Source of the DNA: an uncultured delta proteobacterium
Lineage (GTDB): Bacteria; Myxococcota_A; Polyangia; Polyangiales; Polyangiaceae
DNA: 64,000 bases
NCBI GenBank assembly: GCA_963850305.1
Contig: CAWKKR010000008.1
Span: 320,001 to 384,000, forward strand
Direction of reading: 5' to 3'
Shown: piece after piece, positions 22,426 to 33,122 of the stretch
How the letters are laid out: each line of letters begins with the position of its first letter
Numbering within the stretch: position 1 is the first letter of the stretch
Notes under the pieces: generated by a model
Told to the model about the DNA's origin: nothing
What the model saw: only the letters and a program-made list of their open reading frames with translations
Database searches by the model: none
Position numbers and translations under genes: made by a program

Positions 22426-24916
22426 GTGGAGTCCAAGTCCGCGGATGACGCCGCGGAGGCCGTGCGCGGCCCAGCGCTCATTTTCATGAGCGACGCCTCC
22501 GCCGAGGCAGAACGCCTGACTTCGGCGCTGCACGCGAGGGGTTACGCCGTCGCGGACGTGCCGCTCTCGCTGCTCGCGGGTCGCGTCGCGGTGCAACGGC
22601 CTGCTCTGTTGCTCTGCGACGCGGACGCCGAAGGTTGCGCCGACGTGCTCGGCAGGATCCGCGAAGCGGAAGCCGAGTCGCCGGTTCCGGTTCTCGTTCT
22701 CGGCGACCGGTACGGAACGATCTCCGGGCTCGGGGCGGGATTGGTCTCTGGAGTCTTCGCGCGTCCGGTGAACGTCCAGGAACTTCTCGACACCGTCGAC
22801 CGACTCGTGCGCCGCAGCGTTCCGTCCACGGCCCCGTCGCGACCGCCTCCTTCGCGCGTCGGGACGACATTGGTCGCGTCCAGCCGACCGCCGAGTCGCG
22901 CCAGTGTGTCTCCGGTGAGTCGCCAGCCGGAGCGGAGCCGGACGGACGCCACCGGTCCTTCGCCCCCTGTGCTCCCTTCACCGCCAAATCTTGGCGAAAT
23001 TGCCGTCCCGGTGCGGGACGCGGGGGACGCGCCCACCGTCGAGCTCAGTGCCGACATCCAGCAATTGCTCGAGGATGCCGAGCTACGTTTCGAAAAGACG
23101 CACCCCACGCCGGGCAGCGAGCCCGAGGATCTCGGGCCGGAGATCGAAGCGGAAATATCCGTGCCGCCAGACGTGATCGCCGCACTGAGTGAGCCTCTCG
23201 ACGACGAGGATCTCGGCGCCGAAGGGACGCCGATGCCGTCCCAGGACGGAACCGGCGCGCTCACGTCGTCGAAGGGCGTGGTCCGCGGGCACACCCAGAA
23301 TCGGCGGAGGGGGAAGCACGTTTTCGGGCACCGCTTCGGCGCCGCTCTCGGAGGTCAGCGTGGTCTCCGGCACCGGCCTGGAGCGCACGAACAGCGGAGC
23401 CGCAGCGCCCGGGGGCGACGACGACGAGGCACGGCGCGCTCGCCAGATGGCATCCACCCCCAAGCCCCCCAAGCCGGCCGATGAGGGCTCGGTGGTGCCG
23501 GAGCCTGCACGAGGCACCGTTCCGCCGCCCACCGTCGCCCAGGAGGAGCTGCCCCAATCTGCGATTCTGGGCGAGTCGCCGAGCTTGCCTCTGCAAGGGG
23601 CTCGCGCGGACGAAAAGCAGGCCTCACCGGAACGACCGCGCGTGGCGCTCAACTTCGACTCGGACCCGCCGGCGCGAAACGGTCTGACGTCCACGACCCC
23701 GCCGCTCCGGCGCAGGGAAGAGGCGTCGATGCCGCCGCGTCAGCCGAGCGCGCGGCCCCCCTCGCCCGCGGCTGCTCCACCGGACGCGCAGGCTCGCGAG
23801 AGCGAGCGGCCCTCGCGACCGCGCACCGAGCCACCCGAAGGGACGAGACCACACGTGGCGGCGTCGCGCGACGCTCCCTTCAACGTGCCGCCCGCACTCC
23901 GCCCCGGCGACTCGGTCGCGGTGGTCGCTGCGGCGATCCGCGCACGCTACACGGGCGTGCTGGCGTTCGAGGTCGACGAGGGGATTCGCCGGATCGTCTT
24001 TCGCGACGGCGATTTCGTGACGCTGACGTCCGGCGTCCACGGAGAATCGCTCGTGGCGTTTCTGGCGGGACGCGGCGACCTCCCTGCTGAAGTAGCGCGA
24101 CAAGGACACAAGTTCTCGGCGTTCGGACGCCGCGCGGGCGCTGCGCTGATCGCGCACGGACACCTCGCGCAAGATCAACTCTGGCCCGTGTTGCGCGCCC
24201 ACGCGGAATGGCTCATCGGGCGCGTGCTCGGCATCGAACGTGGGAACGCGGGAACCGAGGACGTGGGTCGCCTCGAGGACGAGCCGGCAGTGTTCGGTGG
24301 CGCGACCGGCGCGGAGGTCCTGATCGAAGTGGGCCGTCGGATCGTGTCGCCCGAAGACGCGGTCGAGCGCCTCGGAGGATTATCGGCAGGGCTCGGCCAG
24401 GGACCTTCGCGGACGCTTCTGGCGGAATGCGCACTGCCGGCACTCGAAAACGAGCGCGTTCAGAACGTCGCCGGGCAGACGGTCCGCGAGTGTCTGGAGG
24501 CCGGTGCCGATCCGTCGTTCGTGTCTGTCCTCTACGTGCTCACCGCCCTCGGCGTTCTTCGCGTGGACGTCCCGCGCGCACGCGCAGCGACGGCCGAAGC
24601 GGCCAGGCCTCCCGCGCCCGACGATATCGACGATGACGCGCTCCGCGGCCGGGTGCTCGCGAGAAAGGCGCTCGTCGACGAGGGCGACTACTTCGCCGTC
24701 CTCGGCGTCGGGCGTTCGGCGACCGGCTACGACATCCGCCGCGCGTATACGGCGCTCCGCCGCGATCTCGAGCCGGGCCGGGTGCTCACCGCCAGAACCG
24801 CGGATCTTGCCGAGACGCTGGACGAGATCCTCTCCGTACTGGAGGAGGCCTATCAGATCCTGAGCGACCAGCGCCGTCGCGAACGATATCTGCGGGCCAT
24901 CGAAGCGTCGCCGTGA
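22426..24916 (+). CDS. Atypical receiver + Pro-rich linker + DUF4388-like + J-like domain protein, apparent frameshift at ~23299
   Basis: Removing one A from GAATC (23298-23302) fuses ORFs 22426 and 23189. N-terminal receiver-like (PALLLCD...FARPV); YTGVLAF...IVFRDG; C-terminal DYFAVLGV...DIRRAY...EEAYQILSD. Confidence 0.8.
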
Positions 24917-24920
24917 GCCG

Positions 24921-27380
24921 TCACTCTGCGGCTGAGACGCTGGAACGCGCGGGCCCAACGCGCACGCGAAGCTCGCGACCGACGAGCTCGAGAATCGCGG
25001 TATCGCCACTCGCGAGATCCCCGCGCAGGATCACGTCCGCGAGGGGCGCCTCGACGAGTCGGGCGATCGCGCGCTTCATCGGACGAGCGCCGAGCGAAGG
25101 GTCGAAGCCGCCCTCGTCGAGCAAGTGATCGACGACGTCCGCGCCGAAGTCGAGCCGCACGCCTCGGTCCATCGCGAGCGCTTCGCCGAGCCCGTCCAGG
25201 AGACGACGCGCTATCTCGCGCACGTCGTCCCGTCCGAGCGGCGCGAACACCAGCGCCTCGTCGATGCGATTGTAGAGTTCGGGCGGCAGGGCGGCGCGCG
25301 CGGCCGCCACGACTGCACGCGCTTCGGCATCGCGCGGGTCGGAGGTACCCGAACCGAAGCCGACCCGACGCTTCTGGCTGGCGCCGGTCTCGTCCGAGCC
25401 GATGTTGGACGTCAGAAAGAGGACCGTGTTCGTGAAGTCCACCGTGCGCCCGCGCCCGTCGGTGAGACGCCCCTCGTCGAAGACGCCGAGAAAAGCCTGG
25501 AGCACGTCCGGGTGCGCCTTCTCGATCTCGTCGAGCAAGATGACCTGGTACGGGCGTCGGCGAACCGATTCGGTGAGCTGCCCGCCCGCTTCGTGACCCA
25601 CGTAGCCGGGTGGCGCCCCTACGAGCCGCGCGACGGTGTGCGCTTCCGCATACTCCGAGAGATCGAGGCGCGTCATCGCCGTCTCGTCGAAAAAGAGAAC
25701 TTCCGCGACGGCCTTGGCCGTCTCGGTCTTGCCGACGCCCGTCGGACCGAGGAACAGGAACGTGCCGATGGGGCGTCGCGAACCGAGGCCCGCCGCGTTG
25801 CGCCGCAGGATGCGCGCGATGCGAGCGATCTCCTCGGTGTGTCCGACGATGCGATCCGCGAGCAGTTCCTCGAGCCGCAACATGCGGTCACGGTCGGTCT
25901 CGAGCAGTCGCTCGACGGGCACGTCGGCCATCTCCGAGACCACCTCCGCGACCACTTCAGCAGTCACTTCCGTGCCGCCGCGCCGGCGAGCGCGTGCCCC
26001 GGCCAGATCGATGATGGACACGGCCTTGTCCGGGAGTGCGCGTCCCGGCAAGTAGCGGATCGACCATCCGACGGCGAGCGCGAGGGACTCCTCGGAGTAC
26101 GAAATGCCATGGTGCTTCTCGAAGGTCGGCGCGAGCGCGTCGAGAACGAGGTACGCGTCCTCGCGGCTCGGTTCTTCGACGTCGATGACCGAAAATCTCC
26201 GGGCGAGCGCGGAGTCGGATTCGATCGCTTTCTTGTAGTCCTCCGGAGTCGTCGCGCCGATACAAGGAAGCTCGCCTCGGGCGAGGGCGACTTTGAGGTC
26301 GGACGCGATCTCGTCGCCCGCGTCGCCGGTGAAGAGCTGGTGGATCTCGTCGAAGAAGAGGACGACGCGACCACCCGAAGCGAGCACCTCCTTGCGGATC
26401 GCCGCGAAGCGCTGCGCGAGCGCCCCGCGGACGCCCGTGCCGGCGAGGAGCTCCGTGATGGGGACCTCCACGACGATCCGATCGTCCAGGGTGACGACCT
26501 CTTCGGCGTCGGCGATGCGCTGCGACAGCGCGCGCACCACGCTCGTCTTGCCGACGCCGGCGGCGCCGACGAGACACGGGTTGTTGCCTTGACGCTTTGC
26601 GAGCACATCGAGCGCGCGCTCGATTTCCTCGTCGCGGCCGACCACCTTGTCGAGAAGGCCCGCCTCTGCCGCCAGCGTGAGGTTCGTGCCGAGCGCGGAG
26701 AGCGCCGGATACTCCTTCGAATCGAGCGCGAAGCGCGATGCCGTCCGGCGCGCGGCGCTCTCGGACCGCGGCAGTGAACGCACGACCTCGCGCTTACTCG
26801 TCGTTATGGGCGCCGCACGGACGCCTTCCGGGTCGGTCTTGTCGTCTTCGGTGGGTGCCTTGGGGCGCACCGGGTGCGGAACGAGTGGCACCGTGATTCC
26901 GGAGGGACGCCTCGCGGCCGAGACGGCACCCTGCACGGCTTCGAGTTCGTGCCTCGTGACGATGCGGCGGCGACCGACGAGCCCGAGACCGACGTTCATC
27001 GCCGCAACGCGGAGACGGTTCACGTCGACACCGCACTGGTCGAGCGCACGGTGCCCCGCGGAGCGTCGATCGCTCAGAAGCGCGAGGAGGAGGTGCACAC
27101 CGACCGGCTCGAGCGCCCCCATGCGTGACCCGATTTCTCGCGCTCGCTCGATGGCGCGCCGCAGCGGGTCCGGCTCATCGTCGGTCGACGCGCGTGCGGC
27201 GCGAAGCAAGCGCTCGGCGTCGAGCGACCGCTCTGCGAGCAGCTCGGCCGCCGGACTCTCGCGCGACGCGATGGCCGCGAGCAGATGCCCGCTCGTGACG
27301 CGTTCCTTCCGCCCCTTGGCCAGCTCTTCGGCCAACTTTCGGAGTGAGACGAGCTCCGGCTCCTTACGTACGGCTTTCAT
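24921..27380 (-). CDS. ATP-dependent Clp protease ATP-binding subunit (ClpA/ClpC-like)
   Basis: Clp-N region, two Walker A motifs (GAAGVGKT, GPTGVGKT), GAPPGYVG pore loop, VGF ClpP-docking loop, GARPMKR. Confidence 0.95.
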   Translation of the reverse strand: MKAVRKEPELVSLRKLAEELAKGRKERVTSGHLLAAIASRESPAAELLAERSLDAERLLRAARASTDDEPDPLRRAIERAREIGSRMGALEPVGVHLLLALLSDRRSAGHRALDQCGVDVNRLRVAAMNVGLGLVGRRRIVTRHELEAVQGAVSAARRPSGITVPLVPHPVRPKAPTEDDKTDPEGVRAAPITTSKREVVRSLPRSESAARRTASRFALDSKEYPALSALGTNLTLAAEAGLLDKVVGRDEEIERALDVLAKRQGNNPCLVGAAGVGKTSVVRALSQRIADAEEVVTLDDRIVVEVPITELLAGTGVRGALAQRFAAIRKEVLASGGRVVLFFDEIHQLFTGDAGDEIASDLKVALARGELPCIGATTPEDYKKAIESDSALARRFSVIDVEEPSREDAYLVLDALAPTFEKHHGISYSEESLALAVGWSIRYLPGRALPDKAVSIIDLAGARARRRGGTEVTAEVVAEVVSEMADVPVERLLETDRDRMLRLEELLADRIVGHTEEIARIARILRRNAAGLGSRRPIGTFLFLGPTGVGKTETAKAVAEVLFFDETAMTRLDLSEYAEAHTVARLVGAPPGYVGHEAGGQLTESVRRRPYQVILLDEIEKAHPDVLQAFLGVFDEGRLTDGRGRTVDFTNTVLFLTSNIGSDETGASQKRRVGFGSGTSDPRDAEARAVVAAARAALPPELYNRIDEALVFAPLGRDDVREIARRLLDGLGEALAMDRGVRLDFGADVVDHLLDEGGFDPSLGARPMKRAIARLVEAPLADVILRGDLASGDTAILELVGRELRVRVGPARSSVSAAE

Positions 27381-27473
27381 CTTTGGATGAGACTGGGGGC
27401 GCCGGGCTGGGCGTCCGAGCGCCGAGACTCACTGGCTTTTCGCTCGACGGCCAAGTTTGGCGACGCGGCTCGT

Positions 27474-28598
27474 TCAAGGCGCCGCGAAGAGCCGAACCCC
27501 GGTGTCCGCCGCCCAGACGAAGAGTTCCGCCGCGCCGCCGACGGCAACTCGCGGAGGATCCGCGGTCAGGGCCAGGTGCCGATCACGCGTGAGGTCGTTC
27601 ATCCAGTTCGGGGCGACCGACTCCGATGCGGGCAGAAGCGCTCGCAAGCGGCGCTTGCCGCGGACGTCGAAGACCTCGAGGACGAAGGTCCACGGGGCGG
27701 CCGCGGGCTGGGCGAGCTCGAGCACCGCGAGATACTCGCCCGCGGCCTCGGCCTCGAAGACCGCCGTCTGGAAGCCCACCTTCGACAGCGAATAGGTCTT
27801 GCCCAGCAGCAAGCGCTCGAGGACCGCCCCGTCGGCCTGCACCATCCAGAACGTGTCCGGCCGCGACGAGGGCAACAGGCGCACCGCGTCGTGAACGTCG
27901 GCGACGACGGCATGCTTCGGACCGGACCCGAAGAAGTTCGCGAGCCCCTCGGCGGTCGAATAAAGAAATGAACCGTCCGCCAGCGAACCCGTCAGGCGGC
28001 CGTCGTACCCATCGAGCTCGATCCATCGTTCCGGCACCAGCTGGGCGGGGTCGCCTTCCAGGTCATAGCCGAGGATCACGGGAGCGCCGCCGGTGGTCAC
28101 CCACACCCGAGTCGGGTCGTGCCGGTCGGGGAAAATGGTGGCGCCTGGAAGAACCATCAACCTCCGGCGCGGGCGAGGCCGCGACTGATCGGGGAGAAGC
28201 AGAAGGGACGAGCCCGGGGCGACGATGAGCAGACTGCCATTCGCGACGCCAACCACGGCGAGCGGCGAGTGAACCGGTAAATGGACCGCTTCGACGAGGT
28301 CCGGCAGCCCGAGCACCTTGACCCCATCCTCGACGATCATCGCGAGACGCCCCTTCCCGAACGCGAGCGTCTGATCGGCGACTCGCCGGGGCGGTACGGT
28401 CATCTTGCGTCGCGTCGCGAGATCCAGGACGAAGTGAGGGACTGAAGCGTCCCCGTCGCGCGCGCCACCGCCTCCGTCGGGTCGACGCTGCCCGGAGACG
28501 GCGGGCGGCGGCTTTGGGAGATCGCCCCGGGGCGGCGCGCGATGACAGCTCGCGAGAAGGAAAGCGGTCGAAAGAATTGCGGTCGACAGGACTCGCAT
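27474..28598 (-). CDS. Hypothetical lipoprotein (beta-rich)
   Basis: MRVLSTAILSTAFLLASC lipobox; long ORF with coding-like composition. Confidence 0.7.
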   Translation of the reverse strand: MRVLSTAILSTAFLLASCHRAPPRGDLPKPPPAVSGQRRPDGGGGARDGDASVPHFVLDLATRRKMTVPPRRVADQTLAFGKGRLAMIVEDGVKVLGLPDLVEAVHLPVHSPLAVVGVANGSLLIVAPGSSLLLLPDQSRPRPRRRLMVLPGATIFPDRHDPTRVWVTTGGAPVILGYDLEGDPAQLVPERWIELDGYDGRLTGSLADGSFLYSTAEGLANFFGSGPKHAVVADVHDAVRLLPSSRPDTFWMVQADGAVLERLLLGKTYSLSKVGFQTAVFEAEAAGEYLAVLELAQPAAAPWTFVLEVFDVRGKRRLRALLPASESVAPNWMNDLTRDRHLALTADPPRVAVGGAAELFVWAADTGVRLFAAP

Positions 28599-28641
28599 TG
28601 CACGGTCGGCCCGAGTAAAGCACCCGGCGCACCTCCCTATC

Positions 28642-29076
28642 ATGGCACCCGGCCAGTTACCGAAGCTCGGCGCGCTTCTCTTCCTCTGCGGGAGCGTGAC
28701 CGCATGTCAGCATTTCGAGCGGATCGGCGAGTGCCGGCAGGTGAGCGCGCTCGTGAATCCAGTGCTCGCCTCGATCGACGCATCGCGACGGCGGAATCCC
28801 GTGGACGCACGGACATACCAGTTCATCGGGCTGGAGTACGATACCCTCGCCGGCACACTCGCGGGGTTGCACCTGAAGACGAGGCACCTCGGGGAGCTCG
28901 TCGGGGAGTACCAGAAGGTCCTTCGGGCGGCCGCTCACGACTCGCGCATCTTTGCGAGCGCGCTGGATCGGAAGGACGCGAGCAAACTCATTGCGGTCCG
29001 GAACGCGGGCACGCGCGCAGCGAAGCAGGAGAGCTCGACGGTCAGCCGGATCGAGTCCTTCTGTCGCGGGAACTGA
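28642..29076 (+). CDS. Hypothetical helical lipoprotein
   Basis: LLFLCGSVTAC lipobox; EC...C pattern. Confidence 0.65.
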   Translation: MAPGQLPKLGALLFLCGSVTACQHFERIGECRQVSALVNPVLASIDASRRRNPVDARTYQFIGLEYDTLAGTLAGLHLKTRHLGELVGEYQKVLRAAAHDSRIFASALDRKDASKLIAVRNAGTRAAKQESSTVSRIESFCRGN

Positions 29077-29089
29077 CGGAGGTTCAAAC

Positions 29090-30301
29090 TCACGGAGCGG
29101 GGGCGGGCAAGGGCGCCACGTTGCGCTGGAGCACGCCCTCCGCGACGCGACCCCAGGCATACGTCAGAAGTCTCCGGAAGTGACTGCGGGCATCGCCCCC
29201 GTATACCCAGAGAAAGCGAGGGTCGTTTTCGACCTTGAGACTGGACACGTACACGCCGCTGCTGGCCCACGCGAGCGGAACGGGCTCGTTCATGGAGATG
29301 CGCGAGACGATCACGCCACAGTCGCGTTTCGGCGCACCGGAGGTGCATCCGCTCGCTACGAGGAGCTCTTCGTTCCCGATGGGGTGCCAGAACCACTGGC
29401 GCGACACGCGAAACGTCTCGTCGCGACGCAACTCCGCGCGGGCCTCGTCGGGAAGGTGTGCCTCGACCCGACGCGAGAGCTTCGCGTCCGGTTGACGCAC
29501 GATGAGGGGCGGCAGCCGCACGACGTGGAGCTCCACCTTGGCATCGTTCTCGGGCCCCGCGCAGCATCGGAACCCTATCGACGGGGCTTTCGCCGATGGT
29601 GAACGGCCCAGCGCATTCGCGCAGCGTCCCGCGACTTCACCGGCGGGCGCATTTCCCCCGCGCACCGTGACCAGCGTGCCGTGCGTACCGCGCCCCCATG
29701 CACTGTCGGTCCACTCCCAGAGCGAGCCGTGCATGTCGTGGACGCCGAAGTCGCTCCGGCATGCGACGCGAAGTCCCACCGGCAGCATGCGCGGCTCGGC
29801 TCCGGTCCCGCAAACATCTGGGCGGTAGTGGTCGCCGTATTCGTAGACGTGGTTGTCCGGCCCCTTGCATGCGCGCTCCCACTCGAGCTCCGAGCACAGC
29901 CGGTGGCCGCGCTCCTGACAGAGCGCGCTCGCTTGCTCCTGGGTCACACCCGAAAGCGGGATCGCGCCCTCTTCGTTGGGATACGGGAAAATCGAGATGA
30001 AGAACCCCTTCAAGATCACCTGTTCGCCCGGCATCTCCGCGTCCGCCACGCGGGGCAGCAGACCCGGAGGCGTGCCGGAAACGAGCGCGCCCGGCGGGAT
30101 CCAGACCATCCCCTCCGGCACCGCCGGCGCGCGCACGCCCGAGTCCCACGGAGGGCGCAACGCCGCGCTCGATGCGTCGGGGGACGTCCCGAGCTCCGCG
30201 GCGACGGCCGAGGACTTCGCTCTCCGGCACGAGGGGGCAAAGAGAAGTGTCGCTGCGAGGAGCCACGTGGAAAGGTGCAGCGGGCAACCCAACGCCGTCA
30301 C
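29090..30301 (-). CDS. FGE-sulfatase (SUMF1/PvdO)-domain lipoprotein
   Basis: RLCSELEWERACKGP, FGVHDMHGSLWEW, IGFRCC. Confidence 0.9.
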   Translation of the reverse strand: MTALGCPLHLSTWLLAATLLFAPSCRRAKSSAVAAELGTSPDASSAALRPPWDSGVRAPAVPEGMVWIPPGALVSGTPPGLLPRVADAEMPGEQVILKGFFISIFPYPNEEGAIPLSGVTQEQASALCQERGHRLCSELEWERACKGPDNHVYEYGDHYRPDVCGTGAEPRMLPVGLRVACRSDFGVHDMHGSLWEWTDSAWGRGTHGTLVTVRGGNAPAGEVAGRCANALGRSPSAKAPSIGFRCCAGPENDAKVELHVVRLPPLIVRQPDAKLSRRVEAHLPDEARAELRRDETFRVSRQWFWHPIGNEELLVASGCTSGAPKRDCGVIVSRISMNEPVPLAWASSGVYVSSLKVENDPRFLWVYGGDARSHFRRLLTYAWGRVAEGVLQRNVAPLPAPAP

Positions 30302-31710
30302 GACTCGTTGCGTTCGTCGCGCTCGCGAAGTCCGAGCTCCTTCATCTTTAGCTGGAGCCCCTTCCGCGAAATCTTCAGAAGGCGCGCGGCATGTGTGACG
30401 TTACTGCGCGTCTGATCCAGGGCGTGAACGATGAGCTCTCGTTCGAGCCGCGTCGTGGCGGCTTTGACCTGTTCCTTGAGTCCATCGGTGGGCATCGGCG
30501 TCGAGGAGGGCGACCCGGACGGCGGCGGCCGATCGCCGCGCACTTCGGGCGGCAGATCCACGACCCTGAGCTTTGCGGCGTCGCAGAAGAGCACGGCGCG
30601 CTCGATGACGTTCTCCAGTTCCCGGATATTCCCGGGCCACGCATAGGCGAGCAGAGCCCGATCCACCTCCTGCTCGAGTCCTTCGACGTGTTTGCCCAGA
30701 CGCGCGTCGAACTTGCTCACGAAATGACGTGCCAGGAGGAGCGCGTCGCCGACGCGCTCGCGCAGCGGCGGCAGATGAATCGGCACGACGTTCAGTCGAT
30801 AGAAGAGATCTTCGCGGAAGTGACCCGCCGCGACCTCCTTCTTGAGGTCGCTGTTGGTCGCCGCCACGAGACGAACGTCGACGCGAATGGTCTTGATGCC
30901 TCCGACGCGCTCGAACTCGCCCTCCTGGAGCGCGCGCAGCAACTTGACCTGAATGTCGGCCGGGATCGTCCCGATTTCATCGAGGAACAGCGTGCCCCCG
31001 CTCGCGAGCTCGAAACGTCCGGGCTTTGGTCCGACGGCGGACGAGGTTGCGCCCGTCTCGTAACCGAAGAGCTCGCTCTCCATGAGCTCGTGCGGGATCG
31101 CCGCACAGTTCACCTTGATGAAGGGGCGCTCGCGACGCGACGAGCTTTCGTGAAGAGCCCGCGCGACCAGCTCCTTGCCAGTGCCGCTCTCGCCGGTGAC
31201 GAGCACGGTCGCGGGAGTGTCCGCGACACGGTCCAGCACCCCGTACATTTCGACGATCTCGGGGCTCTGCCCGATGATGCCGTGGCGCACCTCGGGCGCG
31301 GTGGCATCGGGACGCGTCGCCTCCACCTGAGCGAGATCGCGCGTGCGCAAGGCCTTCTTGACGATGGCGCGGAGCTCCGCCTGATCGAACGGCTTGGTGA
31401 TGTAGTCGAAGGCCCCGGTCTTCAGGGCCTCCACGGCGTTGTCGACGGATCCATGCGCCGTGATGAGCACGACGGGCAGATCGGCGTCGATGCGGAGCGC
31501 CCGCCGCAATACCTCCATGCCGTCCACTTTCGGCATCCTCAGGTCCGTGATGACCAGATCGATGTGATGCTCCTCGAGCAATCCCAAACCCTGTTCGCCG
31601 TCCTCAGCGGTGTGGACGTCATAGCCGTCACGAACCAGCTGCGCGGACAGCACCCGCCGTAAGTTCGGCTCGTCGTCGACGACGAGGATCTGCTTTCGTT
31701 CGGGCAGCAT
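30298..31710 (-). CDS. NtrC-family response regulator (REC-AAA+-HTH) lacking GAFTGA
   Basis: ILVVDDE, GESGTGKE, FLDEIG, FREDLFYRLNV, WPGNIRELEN, Fis-type HTH. Loop 1 reads FGYETGATSSA. Confidence 0.95.
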   Translation of the reverse strand: MLPERKQILVVDDEPNLRRVLSAQLVRDGYDVHTAEDGEQGLGLLEEHHIDLVITDLRMPKVDGMEVLRRALRIDADLPVVLITAHGSVDNAVEALKTGAFDYITKPFDQAELRAIVKKALRTRDLAQVEATRPDATAPEVRHGIIGQSPEIVEMYGVLDRVADTPATVLVTGESGTGKELVARALHESSSRRERPFIKVNCAAIPHELMESELFGYETGATSSAVGPKPGRFELASGGTLFLDEIGTIPADIQVKLLRALQEGEFERVGGIKTIRVDVRLVAATNSDLKKEVAAGHFREDLFYRLNVVPIHLPPLRERVGDALLLARHFVSKFDARLGKHVEGLEQEVDRALLAYAWPGNIRELENVIERAVLFCDAAKLRVVDLPPEVRGDRPPPSGSPSSTPMPTDGLKEQVKAATTRLERELIVHALDQTRSNVTHAARLLKISRKGLQLKMKELGLRERDERNES

Positions 31711-31751
31711 CAGAGCCTATTTGCCACCGTCCGCAGCGCTCCGGGGCACCC

Positions 31752-33122
31752 TCACTGGCATCGGCTTCCGCCGGCTCCGTGGGGTAAGAGGACGGAGCAA
31801 TAGAAGATCGCCGTGCGGGCGTTGCCCGGCGCACCGGCGACGACGACATCGCGCCCCTCGATGTGGGCCGCGACGACCGCCGCGCCGAGTTCGTCCCCGT
31901 CGCCCTGTGACGACAGAAAGAGCTGGTCGGTGAGCAGATCCGGGTTCGCCCCCTCCGCGTCGTAGACGAGGACCGCGCCCGCGCGGTTCGTGCCGCGGAC
32001 CTTCATCTCCGGCGCGCCGACGATCACTTCGCCGTCGCCGTCACCGTCGAGATCACCGACGTCGAGGGCCGCCGCGAACCCACCAGGGCACCCGGCGACC
32101 GTGTCGCGCGAGCCGCAGCCGAAGGACGCGATGACCGCGTCCGGTGGCAGCGCCCCGAGCGAGCAAGTGGCGTCGGTCGTGGGCGTGAGGTTCGCCAGGG
32201 CCGCGCCCGAGAACACCGTCACGTTCGTCGCGTCGGCGACCACGAGATCGTCGATGTCGTCCCCATCGACGCGACCCGACGCCAGCGTTCGACCGAACTG
32301 GCTCGGTCCACCGAGGCACCCGAGTGGCGCGCCGTCCTCGCCGCGGAACAACCAGACGTGCCCCTCGCCCGGCGCACCGACGGCCGCGATTCGCGACCCG
32401 GTCGAATCAGCGCCCGCGTCAGCGACGACCACGTGCTGGCGCATGATGGCGACCGCAGCGCCGAAGTCGGCGTCGGCTTTACCGGGCGGCGTGAGCTCGA
32501 GCGCCTTGAACCCGCCAGGCTGATAATACCAGGCGAGCTGATGCGTCGAAGCCCCTGCGATGAGCGCGGGCGTCTCGTCCTTGTCCGCCGCCAGCACGAG
32601 CGGCGGCGGCGGATTCCCCGAGTCCTGGAACAGGAGGTCGTTTCTGATGACCTCCGTCAGTACCGAATCCGGAACCGGGAGCGTGTACTCGACACCGTCC
32701 ACGCAGCGAACCGTGAGCCCATACTCGGCGGCTCCCGCAGCCTGGCCGAACCCGAGGACGAAGCAGAGTTGATCGGGCGTCGCCGACCCGTCGTTCGCCG
32801 TGCCGAGCGCCGCGACCTGGTTGGCGAAGTAGCAAGGCGTGTCCTGGGAACACGAGCCCAGATCCGTCGCGTCAGTGTCCGGACTCGTGCCCGTCCCCAA
32901 CGGGAACAGCGCGGCTCGATGCGCCCCAGGCGAACCGCCCACCAGGAGCTCCGTCTGATTGCCAGCGTTCGCCGTTGCGAGCGCCACGCCGAAACCGCCG
33001 TTCATCTTGTCGGGTTCCGTGAGCAGTACGACCGGCGGATTGCTGCCCACGTCGCTGAATCTCGACCAGCTGCAGCCCACCAACGCGAGGGCGAATGAAG
33101 CCTTCCACCACGGCCGCGCCAT
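31752..33122 (-). CDS. FG-GAP/integrin-alpha-like repeat lipoprotein
   Basis: LALVGC lipobox; FGAAV...VGAP and GDLDGDGDGEVIVGAP repeats. Confidence 0.85.
   Translation of the reverse strand: MARPWWKASFALALVGCSWSRFSDVGSNPPVVLLTEPDKMNGGFGVALATANAGNQTELLVGGSPGAHRAALFPLGTGTSPDTDATDLGSCSQDTPCYFANQVAALGTANDGSATPDQLCFVLGFGQAAGAAEYGLTVRCVDGVEYTLPVPDSVLTEVIRNDLLFQDSGNPPPPLVLAADKDETPALIAGASTHQLAWYYQPGGFKALELTPPGKADADFGAAVAIMRQHVVVADAGADSTGSRIAAVGAPGEGHVWLFRGEDGAPLGCLGGPSQFGRTLASGRVDGDDIDDLVVADATNVTVFSGAALANLTPTTDATCSLGALPPDAVIASFGCGSRDTVAGCPGGFAAALDVGDLDGDGDGEVIVGAPEMKVRGTNRAGAVLVYDAEGANPDLLTDQLFLSSQGDGDELGAAVVAAHIEGRDVVVAGAPGNARTAIFYCSVLLPHGAGGSRCQ

Noticed and set aside
25125..26777. Long antisense ORFs (also 9189-10640, 30391-31662, 33095-34744, 55514-56932)
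   Set aside because: Shadow ORFs opposite well-supported genes, as expected from high-GC codon bias.
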